Part shown: piece by piece, positions 30,751 through 41,894 of the stretch
How positions within the stretch are numbered: the first letter of the stretch is position 1
Layout of the letters: every line of letters begins with the position of its first letter
The notes under the pieces: model-generated
Databases searched by the model: none
What the model was told of the DNA's origin: nothing
What the model saw: the letters and a program-made list of their open reading frames with translations, nothing else
Made by a program: the position numbers and the translations under genes
Assembly: GCA_963826115.1 (NCBI GenBank)
Contig: CAWGVS010000010.1
Location: 541,444 to 605,443 of the forward strand
DNA length: 64,000 bases
Source: an uncultured Candidatus Rokubacteria bacterium
GTDB lineage: Bacteria; Methylomirabilota; Methylomirabilia; Rokubacteriales; DASRDR01
Direction: 5' to 3'

Positions 30751-30844
30751 GCCGAGGCTCCGCGGGAGCGATCCCGCTCAGACGGGGAACGCGACGACTT
30801 CCAGGCCGGCCCGGCTCGTGGTCTCGTCCGTCGAGGGCATCGGC

Positions 30845-31681
30845 CTACGACTTGATGAACGCCAGGAGGTCGGCGTTGATCACGTCGTGGTGCGTCGTGG
30901 CCATCCCGTGAGGCAGGCCCTTGTAGACCTTGAGCTGGGCCTTCCGGACCCGCTTGCTGGAGAGCATCGCGCTGGCGCCGATCGGGACGACCTGATCGTC
31001 GTCGCCGTGCATGACGAGCGTCGGCGCGTCGATCCGCTCGAGGTCTTCGGTGAAATCCGTCTCGCTGAACGCCTTGATGCAGTCGTAGGCGGCCTTGACG
31101 CCGCACATCATCCCCTGGCGCCACCAGTTGTCGATGAGTCCCGGCGAGACCTTCGCCCCGGGGCGGTTGAAGCCGTAGAACGGGCCCGTCGGAACGTCCC
31201 GGAAGAACTGCGCCCGGTCGGCCAGCAGCGCGGCGCGGAAGTCGTCGAAGACCGCGAGGGGCAGCCCGCCCGGGTTGTTTGCGGTCTTGACCATGATCGG
31301 CGGCACGGCACCCACCAGGACCGCCTTGGCGACCCGGCCCCTCGCTCGCCCGGCGCCGTGGCGGCCGATGTAGCGCGCGACCTCGCCGCCGCCCGTGGAG
31401 TGGCCGACGTGGACGGCGTTCCTCAGATCGAGCTTCTCGGTGAGCGTCACGAGATCGTCCGCGTACGTGTCCATCTCGTTGCCGTCCCACGTCTGGGTCG
31501 AGCGCCCGTGTCCGCGGCGGTCGTGGGCGATGCACCGGAAGCCGCGCGACGCGAAGAAGATCATCTGGGCGTCCCAGTCGTCCGCGCTGAGCGGCCAGCC
31601 GTGGCTGAAGACGATGGGCTGCCCGGTGCCCCAGTCCTTGTAGAAGATCTGCGCGCCGTCCTTCGTCGTGACCGTGCTCAT
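30845..31681 (-). CDS. cpo: Non-heme chloroperoxidase / perhydrolase (alpha/beta hydrolase)
   Basis: [46 protein letters not shown]. Confidence 0.93.
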   Translation of the reverse strand: MSTVTTKDGAQIFYKDWGTGQPIVFSHGWPLSADDWDAQMIFFASRGFRCIAHDRRGHGRSTQTWDGNEMDTYADDLVTLTEKLDLRNAVHVGHSTGGGEVARYIGRHGAGRARGRVAKAVLVGAVPPIMVKTANNPGGLPLAVFDDFRAALLADRAQFFRDVPTGPFYGFNRPGAKVSPGLIDNWWRQGMMCGVKAAYDCIKAFSETDFTEDLERIDAPTLVMHGDDDQVVPIGASAMLSSKRVRKAQLKVYKGLPHGMATTHHDVINADLLAFIKS

Positions 31682-32413
31682 GCGGTGCGTGCCTCCATGG
31701 CATCCAGGGCGGATGCCGTTCCAGCGCCGCCAGGCGAGCCGTCAACCTCGCCGATGGCGGCATATCGGGTCCGGTCGCCTGGTCGATCCTGCTCGGCCTT
31801 CGGGGGTCCTTTCGCGTCGCGGTGGAGGGCGGGGGACCGGTCAGTCGGTCGCTCCACCTCCCGTGGCCTCGCGACCGTTGCAGGATACACCGGAATGGGA
31901 CGAGGAGATCTCGCCGCTCGTCACGGACGCGACTCTCGAGCGCCCGCGAGGCGCGTGGCCGCGGTCTCGTCGGCCTGCTCGCTCGATGATGTGGTTGACC
32001 ACTGATCGACCGGAGGACATGATCCCCTCGGTGAGCGCCTGGGAGTCGGCGTGAACCCGTCGGATCCGCGCCCATCAGAGCTGTGGGATGGAGAGCGCCC
32101 TCCGGCCGGTGAAGTCTCGTGCAGCCACCCCCACTCTCTTAGGGCCGCCGAGAGGCGTGTCGCCCTGTTACCATAGGACGGGAGTGCTCTGAGGAGACGA
32201 ACGAGGCCACGCGGGCCAGCCTAGCCCTGGCATCCAGGCTTCGAGCGGTTCCTGAATCGTCAGGCTCGACGGCGAGGGGTTGGTGACCTCGCGACAGACT
32301 TCGACGGTCAACGCGCCCTGGCGTTGACGCACATCGTGGTGCCGGTGAGGCTGGGGTCCGAATCCAGCCGCTCGAGACGTGATTGAACCCCCTGCGTAGA
32401 AGGAAAGGGACCC

Positions 32414-32566
32414 ATGACGGAATTGCCGAAGTGTCCGACGTCGCGCTGCCAGGACAAGGGAAAGCCCATGCAGCTTGCGGGCCCCCGTCGACACGACAAA
32501 GACCGCAAGATCACGCGGTACAAGTGCCAGACGTGCGGGCAGGAGATCAGCCAGCGGGCGGCCTGA
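32414..32566 (+). CDS. Small zinc-ribbon protein, 50 aa (not in ORF track)
   Basis: MTELPKCPTSRC...YKCQTCGQEISQRAA; purine-rich RBS AGGAAAGGGA. Confidence 0.65.
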   Translation: MTELPKCPTSRCQDKGKPMQLAGPRRHDKDRKITRYKCQTCGQEISQRAA

Positions 32567-33013
32567 GCGTTTCAAGCTGACCACTGGCCGGCCATGTGTA
32601 TCCAGCGGGGGCCTCACCCGGGAGTCTTTGGCGACTGCGGCCGGGGAGCCCCTTGCCGGCATTGACTGGCTGATCGAACCGAATCTCCCCGCATGCACGG
32701 GCCCGGGGTGTTCCACGAGCCGGGCGTTCTGACGGAACGCTCCGCGTGGCCTCAGGCCTGAGGCCGCGACGACTGCCGGGATTCTCTTTGGCATGTCATT
32801 GCCCTGAAGAGCTTGGGGCCCTGGCACGCGAAGGGTAGCTCACCCCTCCGCACGGGCGCCTGGCCGGGCGTCCCCCGTTCGGTCCCTCCAGAAACCGACA
32901 CGCCCGCGCTGGCGAAGAGCACGTCGCCGGCGCCCGGATTGACCACACGCCGTCGTGACCGACGCTGGGGGAGTCGTCGCCCCGCTGGGGGGGGGTTGTC
33001 CTTGGCGTATTGC

Positions 33014-33036
33014 TGTACTAGTATGCTAGTACAGTA
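33014..33036. promoter_or_regulatory. YtrA/GntR-type operator, copy 1
   Basis: TGTACTA-GTATGC-TAGTACA-GTA, abutting the ATG of a GntR-like remnant. Confidence 0.75.
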
Positions 33037-33305
33037 TGAGAATCTCGATCGACCCTCGGATCGGTGCGCACGGCTGGATCCCTAGGCCCGGGCCGGGGGC
33101 AGAGCCCTGCGCGGACCTCAACGAGCGAGCCGGTCTCCCGCGGGTTCCTGCGCTGCCGAGGGAACTGGACGGGGTCGGCGTCACTCCGGACCCGGTCGCG
33201 CGCGCCATCGAGGATCTCAAGCGGAGCGGGTACCGGCCGCTGCACGCGCGCCGGGCCACGCCGGAGCTCCCGCGGGGGCGCGTCGCCCCAGGGCGCGACG
33301 TGTGA
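33036..33305 (+). pseudogene. Degenerate GntR (YtrA-subfamily) regulator
   Basis: MRISIDP start and GVTPDPVARAIEDLKRSGY resemble the GntR wHTH (xNxNTVARAxxxLxxxG); middle is scrambled. Confidence 0.55.
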
Positions 33306-33357
33306 GGCGGAGAAGCGGAAGCGAGCGGGGAGGCATACCCCAGTGGAGGAGAACGTC

Positions 33358-33636
33358 ATGACGCCCGCCATGGAGGGGACGTGGGTGCTCGTCGGGCTGC
33401 TGGTGGGCCTGGTGGCGGGGCTCGTCACGAAAGCGGGAGGCTACGGGCGGAGGTGGGACGTTCTCCTCGCGCTCGCCGGGAGCGTCGCGGGGAGCGGGAT
33501 CGCTTGACTACCGGGGATCGCTCTCGACGCGGAGATGGTCGCGGTGGTGATCGTCGCGTTCGCCGGCGCAGCGATCCTGATCGTCGCCCAGCGGAGGATC
33601 TGGCCGCTCATTGCAGTGCCGCGAGGGCACGCCTGA
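33358..33636 (+). pseudogene. GlsB/YeaQ/YmgE stress membrane protein with in-frame TGA at 33505-33507
   Basis: WVLVGLLVGLVAGLV..GGYG...DVLLALAGS, then after the stop VAFAGAAILIVAQRRIW. Confidence 0.75.
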
Positions 33637-33742
33637 CCGGATCCGATCACGATGGGACTGGCCACCGCGAGCTCGTGGCCGCTCCGATGTGGACCCGCCC
33701 CGAGATGGGCGCCTGAAGCCGGTACGGAGGGAGATCGAATCG

Positions 33743-34060
33743 ATGGACGCACGTGGTGCCGCGGTCATGGTCGCGCCAGCGCGCCGCGCCGAGCAGGTGC
33801 CGGAGATCCCGCAGATTGAGTGCCGCTGGCCCACGATGACGATCAGAGAGCTGACGATGGCCGCGGCCGACACCGCCCTCGCCGCCGACCCCCTCTTCCA
33901 TCTCGGCCCGGGAGGCCACGTGGGCCGGGTCGCGGTGCGCTACTGGCACTTTCGTCCTGAGCTGAAGTACCTGACCTGTCAGGCATGCGCCGAAGGCGAC
34001 GGCCGGTCCGTCGTTGAGCTCGAGGAAGTGGCCTGCCAACACCGGATCCCCACGCGCTGA
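33743..34060 (+). CDS. Hypothetical protein with CxxC
   Basis: RBS GGAGGGAG; YLTCQAC; stop overlaps next start. Confidence 0.5.
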   Translation: MDARGAAVMVAPARRAEQVPEIPQIECRWPTMTIRELTMAAADTALAADPLFHLGPGGHVGRVAVRYWHFRPELKYLTCQACAEGDGRSVVELEEVACQHRIPTR

Positions 34061-34407
34061 TGCCCGTGCGCGTCAGTCAGCTCCGTGGTGGTGCGATTGG
34101 CGGCCGGATGGAGTCCAAACCGGCGATGAGCTGGACGGATCCGCCCCCCAAGCCGACGCTGTGGATGAACGGGACCAGGGATGCGCGCTGGGCACAAGGC
34201 CTTCTCGAGAAGTACGGGATCGACTTCGAGGAGCGTCAGAGTTCCGATCCGTTCGTGTCCCTGTACTGGAACGGGACGACCTATACCGATTTTTCCGGGA
34301 TCGCGGACTTTCTGATGTTCGCGGCGAGGCTGTCGCTGCCGGGGATGAGAACGCGAGACCGCACCGAGGACGGCGAGCTCCCTGGTTCGCGGATACCCCT
34401 CTCGTGA
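34060..34407 (+). CDS. Hypothetical protein (weak glutaredoxin-like pattern, no Cys)
   Basis: TGATG coupling; LLEKYGIDFEE...P.VSLYWNG. Confidence 0.45.
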   Translation: MPVRVSQLRGGAIGGRMESKPAMSWTDPPPKPTLWMNGTRDARWAQGLLEKYGIDFEERQSSDPFVSLYWNGTTYTDFSGIADFLMFAARLSLPGMRTRDRTEDGELPGSRIPLS

Positions 34408-34747
34408 TCTGTCGCCAAGCGTCCCTGGGCGTGGGGAGGGGCGCGCGGTCTCTGCTGGGACAGACCGGTCGAGCGCCGCGGCACGATGAAAGTCGGCGCG
34501 GGCCAGGGGGGGACGTGAAGCTCCGGCGCTGTCGTGAGCGGCTCTTCCAGAGCCAGCGGGCCTCTCTCGGCCTGGGCCTGGTCGCGGCGACCCGCGTCGC
34601 GACCGGCAGCGCGGCGGACCTGATTTGTCGCCCAGCGCACGATGTTTCCCGCACGTGCCTAGGGCCGTCCCTGTGGATGGATGCGTCCCGGCGCCGTCGC
34701 GCCGGAGTTCGACCAACGTCGCGATGATAGGGGAAGGAGCCAACAAC

Positions 34748-35140
34748 ATGGACGCGAACCGAGACAAACGGAGCATGGGAGAGCGGTGGAGTGCGGCGCG
34801 GCCGACCAAGACGGTGGCCTTCTGGTGTTGCGTGGCCTCGGCGGTGCTCACGATGATCGTCGGCTTCAGCTGGGGTGGCTGGGTGACGGGAGGCACGGCC
34901 CGGGCAACGGCGGAGACCATGGCCTTCGAGGCTGTGGCTACGCGCCTGGCCCCGATCTGTGTCCTTCAATCTGGGCGGGATCCGGCCAAGGCCGTGAAGC
35001 TCGTGGCGCTGAAGGGCGAGAGCTCGTGGCAGCGAGGCGAGTACGTCGGCAAGCAAGGGTGGGCGACGATGCCCGGAGAGAAAGAGCCCGATCGCAGAGT
35101 GGCCGAGATGTGCGCCACGCTGCTGATGCCGAGCAGCTAG
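34748..35140 (+). CDS. Conserved-looking hypothetical membrane-anchored protein
   Basis: RBS GGAAGGAG; IVGFSWGGWVTGGTA, LAPICV, QGWATMPG, VAEMCA. Confidence 0.8.
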   Translation: MDANRDKRSMGERWSAARPTKTVAFWCCVASAVLTMIVGFSWGGWVTGGTARATAETMAFEAVATRLAPICVLQSGRDPAKAVKLVALKGESSWQRGEYVGKQGWATMPGEKEPDRRVAEMCATLLMPSS

Positions 35141-35158
35141 TTTCTGGAGCGGCTCCCT

Positions 35159-35188
35159 CGGAGATGGCTCCCGCGGGAGCCATCTCCG
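35159..35188. terminator. Perfect 30-bp palindrome downstream of ORF 34748-35140
   Basis: CGGAGATGGCTCCCG|CGGGAGCCATCTCCG. Confidence 0.6.
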
Positions 35189-35714
35189 GTTCTCACGCTC
35201 GGGGTGCCGCGGGGCTGGGTCAGGCCAGCCAAATTGGACCTAGGAAGGCGGGGAAGGCGATGGGGGAGCGAGCCAGACGCGTAGCCGGCCACGTGTTTCG
35301 GACACCGGACTGTGACCCCGGCCGTGGCCCGGGCCACGGCGCCGAGGGGGCTCACGCCGTGAGCGGGCCTGCGAGATCCGAGAGGCGTGAGGACGGCCGC
35401 GGCGGCCCATCTCTGGAGCGCGATCCGTATCAGGACGAGGGCGGGGAAGGCTGATGCTGACCGTTCTTTGCTCCGCCAGGCGCCGGGCGACGCCGCGTCA
35501 CCTACGGTGAGCGTGGCATCCTGATCCGGCCCGTCCACACGCGCGCGGCGTGATCGGCGGGTCACAGAAGTGGCAAGAATCCGGCCGGATCGGCCCTCCC
35601 GTCGGAGGACGCTCAGCGCGAGGCGGTCGGCCGCTTCAGCAGGGGCCCGAGAGGAGACCGCTCGATGGTGTCGGCCCCATTCGGCTTGGCTCTCGGCCTC
35701 ATCGCAATCACCGC

Positions 35715-35759
35715 TGGACTAGTGTACTAGTAAAGTAGTACAGTAGATGAACTAGTCCA
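35715..35759 (+). promoter_or_regulatory. groESL promoter region with YtrA-type operator copy 2 nested in a second inverted repeat
   Basis: TGTACTA-GTAAAG-TAGTACA-GTA at 35723-35745; TGGACTAGT 35715-35723 and ACTAGTCCA 35751-35759. Confidence 0.75.
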
Positions 35760-35793
35760 CTCACCCACATCTGGACAGGGGAGGACCCCGACG

Positions 35794-37801
<2,008 letters not shown>

Positions 37802-38128
37802 CCCGCCGGCCAGAGCATCCGACTCGCCGACGGCCTCCGGGGGATCCTGCCTCCGGCGGCCGTGCGGCGTCGATCGCGATCGAGGTGTGGGGATCGGCCT
37901 CGAAGGGCGCAGGACCACACGCCACGACGAGACGAGGACGAGGAAGATCACTCGGGACGTCCAGGAGACAGCCAGGGGCATCAGGCCCCGCCGGCAAGAA
38001 CCTGGAAGAGAGCACGCAGGGCTTCGGCGAGTCCGTCTGGGGATCGTACGAAGCTTCCTGCAGAAGGCTTTATCGGCGGCTAATTACGTTGGGTACGGAA
38101 GTAATTGAGATATTGAGAGGAGAGCACC

Positions 38129-38575
38129 ATGACCACCATGCTTCGCTGGTCCCCGGCTCGGAAGTTCCACTTTCACCACGACGTCGATGCGCTGTTCCCG
38201 GGGTTCTTCGACGGCGCCACAGACGAGGCCGCTCAGCATGCCCCAGCGTGGCTCCCCGCCGCTGAGGGGCGGATCGACGACGGCACCTACGTCATCCAGC
38301 TCGCCATGCCGGGCGTGGATCCGAAGGACGTCCAGGTGTCCTGGATGAACAACGTCCTCACGGTCAAAGGCGAGCGCAAGGCCGATCACGACTCCACGGG
38401 CAAGGACTACTTCCTCCGGGAGCTCGCGTACGGCGCGTTCCAGCGGACCTTCGAGCTCCCCGAGGGCGTCGATGTCGCCCACGTGGAGGCGAAGTACACG
38501 AACGGCATGCTCGAGGTGAGGGTGCCGGCGCCACGAGCTGCGATGCCGAGGATGATCGAAGTCAAGGCCGCCTGA
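38129..38575 (+). CDS. Small heat-shock protein (Hsp20)
   Basis: MPGVDPKDV, LTVKGERK, YGAFQRTFELP, AKYTNGMLEVRVP. Confidence 0.93.
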   Translation: MTTMLRWSPARKFHFHHDVDALFPGFFDGATDEAAQHAPAWLPAAEGRIDDGTYVIQLAMPGVDPKDVQVSWMNNVLTVKGERKADHDSTGKDYFLRELAYGAFQRTFELPEGVDVAHVEAKYTNGMLEVRVPAPRAAMPRMIEVKAA

Positions 38576-38833
38576 TCCAGGGCGGCGGGGGCCGAGGACG
38601 TGCCGGCGCCGACCGGCACGCGCCTCGGCCTTCGGCAGCTTTCGGTGTGGCGGCGAGGGCCCGAGCAACGGGGAGTTGAGGCTCGGACCATGGCGCGGGT
38701 GCCCCCTTCGGGCCCTGGGAGGCGATGCCTTGCCGGGGATGTAGCGCGGAACCGAACAGACGAACGGTGACCTCCCTGGCTCTCGGATGCGCCCTGGACC
38801 GCAGGCCGGGCCGGCCAGCGACAGGAGAGGAGA

Positions 38834-40837
38834 ATGGCGAGTGTACCGACCGGTGAGATGACGGCGCGCCCTCCTGGCGGTTCGCCGAATGCACCGAAGG
38901 GCGCGGCGCCCGGTCCGCCGAAGATACGGCCGAAGCCGTGGTGGCTGATCTTCGTGGCCATCATGCTGGCCAACTACCTGCTCGTGCGAGTGTTCTTTCC
39001 GGAGCCCTCCTCGATCACCATTCCCTACACGCTCTTCAAGCAGCAGATCCAGGCGGGCAATGTCCAGGACGTCACCGGTGTGGGCGATTCGATTCAGGGC
39101 ACCTTCAAGACGGGTGTGACCTATTCACCCGACGCGTCGAGGCGCCGAGCGCCGGCTGCGCCGGCTGCGGGGCCCGCCGGCCAACCCGCTCCGCGCACCT
39201 CGACGAAGTTCAGGACGCAGCGGCCGGCTTTCGCCGACCCGGGACTCGAGACGTTGCTCGAAGGGAAGGGCGTGGTCATCAACGCCCTGGACCAGACGGG
39301 GCCGGCCTGGTTCACGCTCCTGGTCGGCTTCGGCCCCACTTTGCTCCTGATCGCCGGCTTCGTCTGGCTCAGTCGCCGCTCGGCCGCGGCTGGCGGGGCT
39401 GGACTATTCGGGCTCGGCAAGAGCCGCGCCAAGCGGTACAGCGAGGAGCAACCGAAGGTGACCTTCGACGACGTCGCCGGAATTGACGAGGCCGAGAACG
39501 AGCTGACCGAGATCGTCGACTTCTTGAAGCACCCCGCCAAGTACCAGCGACTCGGCGGCACCATGCCGAAGGGCGTGCTATTGGTCGGCGCGCCTGGGAC
39601 CGGCAAGACACTGTTGGCGCGGGCGATCGCTGGACAGGCGGGCGTCCCCTTCTTCAGCCTCAGCGCGTCCGAATTCATCGAGATGATCGTCGGCGTCGGT
39701 GCGGCGCGCGTCCGCGATCTGTTCAAGCAGGCTCGGGAGGCCGCGCCCTCGATAATTTTCATCGACGAGCTGGATGCCATCGGCCGCGCTCGTGGCGCCG
39801 GCGCGAGCCTCGGCGGACATGACGAGCGCGAGCAGACGTTGAACCAGATCCTGACCGAGATGGACGGCTTCGACTCTCGGGAGGGCGTCATCGTCCTGGC
39901 CGCCACCAACCGTGCCGATGTGCTGGACCCGGCACTGCTGCGACCTGGCCGCTTCGACCGGCGTGTCGTCGTACAGCGCCCCGATCGCGCCGGCCGCGGC
40001 GCGATTCTCAAGGTGCACACCAGGAGCGTCCCTTTGGCGTCGGACGTCTCCCTCGAACGCATCGCCGCCGAGACGCCGGGCCTGGTCGGCGCCGAGTTGC
40101 GCAACCTGGTCAACGAGGCCGCTCTGCTGGCGGCGCGCAAGGGCGCGAGCGCCGTCCGCACGGAGGATTTCACGGAGGCGCTGGAGAAGATCACCCTCGG
40201 GCCGGCTCGGAACATTCTGCTCAACCCGGCCGATCGGGAGCGTACGGCGTACCACGAGGCAGGCCATGCGCTGCTTGCGCTGGTGGTGCCAGGCAACGAT
40301 CCGGTGCACCGTGTCTCGATCGTGCCTCGCGGCATGGCGCTCGGCGCGACGTACCAGCTGCCTGTCGACGACCGGACCAGCTATGCCGAGGATTACCTGC
40401 GGGCGCGAATCACCAGCACGCTGGGCGGCCGGGCCGCCGAGCAGCTCGTCTACGGAGTGGTGACGTCAGGTGCCGAGAACGATCTCCAGCACGTCACCGA
40501 GATTGCCCGTCACATGGTGCTGCGTTGGGGGATGAGCGAGAAGCTTGGACCGATCAGCTTCGTCGCGCCCCCGGATGAGGGCTTGCCGGCGGCCTTCCAG
40601 AGCCAGCCGTACAGCGAGGCCACCTCCGAGCTGATCGATGCCGAGGTCCGCCGGATCGTCGAGGAGTGTCACCGTGACGCCGACCGGCTACTGGCCGAGC
40701 ACCGCGAAAAGCTGGAAGTTCTCGCGCAGGCTCTACTCAGCGCGGAATCCCTCGATGAGAAGGAGATCCGGCGTGTCACCGGGCTGAGCGAGCGCCCACC
40801 GGAGACGCGCCGCGCCTGGGATCACTCCACGTCATGA
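38834..40837 (+). CDS. ftsH: ATP-dependent zinc metalloprotease FtsH
   Basis: Two TMs, [27 protein letters not shown]. Confidence 0.96.
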   Translation: MASVPTGEMTARPPGGSPNAPKGAAPGPPKIRPKPWWLIFVAIMLANYLLVRVFFPEPSSITIPYTLFKQQIQAGNVQDVTGVGDSIQGTFKTGVTYSPDASRRRAPAAPAAGPAGQPAPRTSTKFRTQRPAFADPGLETLLEGKGVVINALDQTGPAWFTLLVGFGPTLLLIAGFVWLSRRSAAAGGAGLFGLGKSRAKRYSEEQPKVTFDDVAGIDEAENELTEIVDFLKHPAKYQRLGGTMPKGVLLVGAPGTGKTLLARAIAGQAGVPFFSLSASEFIEMIVGVGAARVRDLFKQAREAAPSIIFIDELDAIGRARGAGASLGGHDEREQTLNQILTEMDGFDSREGVIVLAATNRADVLDPALLRPGRFDRRVVVQRPDRAGRGAILKVHTRSVPLASDVSLERIAAETPGLVGAELRNLVNEAALLAARKGASAVRTEDFTEALEKITLGPARNILLNPADRERTAYHEAGHALLALVVPGNDPVHRVSIVPRGMALGATYQLPVDDRTSYAEDYLRARITSTLGGRAAEQLVYGVVTSGAENDLQHVTEIARHMVLRWGMSEKLGPISFVAPPDEGLPAAFQSQPYSEATSELIDAEVRRIVEECHRDADRLLAEHREKLEVLAQALLSAESLDEKEIRRVTGLSERPPETRRAWDHSTS

Positions 40838-41014
40838 TGGGCCGGAACCGAGCCGGCGTGGAGCGGCAGGTGCTGGCCGACCACCAGTGGGAGGAGCGGC
40901 AGAATCAGCAGTTGTGGGACCTCTCGCTGCGCACCGCGAGGCGTACGGGGCCGAGTGGATCAGAGGTCATGGCGCGCGGTGGGCGGCTCGCGCGGACGTT
41001 ACCTCGGACTGGCT

Positions 41015-41323
41015 TCAGGCTTGCCTTGGCCGCTCCCCAGCCGTGTCGAGATGGAAGTGCTGGAGCACGTGGTGCATGACCGGTGCGAGCATCACCCCCG
41101 CCAGCACGAGAAACACCACGCCGGCCAGCAGCGCATAGCATCCGGCCAACCACTTGCCTGTGGTCGTGTGCAAAGAATCGACTGGTCCCATCCCACCCAA
41201 TAGCATTGCCGCGTTCAGGAACGCATCCGGCCAGCCCAGTCCTTCGACCCAGTGGTAGATCGCCATTCCGAGTGCGAGCGTAACGACTGCGAGGGGCAGC
41301 AAGACTACAGCCCGGGAGACCAT
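41015..41323 (-). CDS. Small two-TM ion-channel-like membrane protein
   Basis: YHWVEGLGWPDAFLNAAMLLGGMGPV...GKWLAGCYAL. Confidence 0.75.
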   Translation of the reverse strand: MVSRAVVLLPLAVVTLALGMAIYHWVEGLGWPDAFLNAAMLLGGMGPVDSLHTTTGKWLAGCYALLAGVVFLVLAGVMLAPVMHHVLQHFHLDTAGERPRQA

Positions 41324-41616
41324 GTGGCCGGCGAGATGTCAGGGTCGTACTCCAAGGTGAGGATCAGGCGAAGTCACAGCACCTCCTGCGTGAGAGCCAC
41401 TCCGAGCGGACCCCGCTAGTCTGCCCCGCGACGTCTCGGCCTTCTTCGTCATGACAGCTTCCTTTCGGCGAAGCCCTGTGGACTAGGCCTATTCAGTTGC
41501 CTACGTCGCTGCCCTCGGCCTGCACGCGATGGGCACAGCCCCCGGCCTTGCTCGGCTCGCGCCTCCTGCGTGACCTGCCTCGCCCTCTTGTCCAGCACGA
41601 ACCCCGAACCCCGCCG

Positions 41617-41830
41617 CTACGTTGATGACGAGAGACACGAGCACGAGCGGGCGGGCCTGCACCGCCCACGCCGGCGCCATGCCGAACCTCGGTAGCGTGG
41701 GATCAGGTTCAGCGGCCCCGCCATTGCCGAGGCGCCAGCCAGCCAGACGATGAGGATGGCCCAGACGCCGTAGATCGAAGCGAACCCGGCGCTGAAGAAC
41801 CCGTGGGCGAGATGGGCACGCGCGCGTCCG
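41617..41830 (-). pseudogene. Internal fragment of an APC-family amino acid transporter
   Basis: WLAGASAMAGPLNLIPRY, then frameshifted PRFGMAPAWAVQARPLVLV. Confidence 0.65.
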
Positions 41831-41894
41831 ATCGCCCGGCCCCCCCTTCGCGATGGGCGTCGGGCGGAATCAGGAGCGTCGGGAAGCGCATTCT

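Noticed and set aside
33505-33507. In-frame TGA in the GlsB/YeaQ gene as a second selenocysteine
   Set aside because: It lies in a transmembrane segment where Trp is plausible (TGG to TGA), with no Cys or redox motif and no convincing hairpin; better explained as a nonsense mutation
35233-35250. ATTGGACCTAGG as a fifth TTGGAC box
   Set aside because: Only one half-site, and no TAnnnT hexamer 22 bp away on either side
37880-38083. Possible decayed small helical protein gene between groEL and hsp20
   Set aside because: Protein-like pieces are spread over several frames with no clear start
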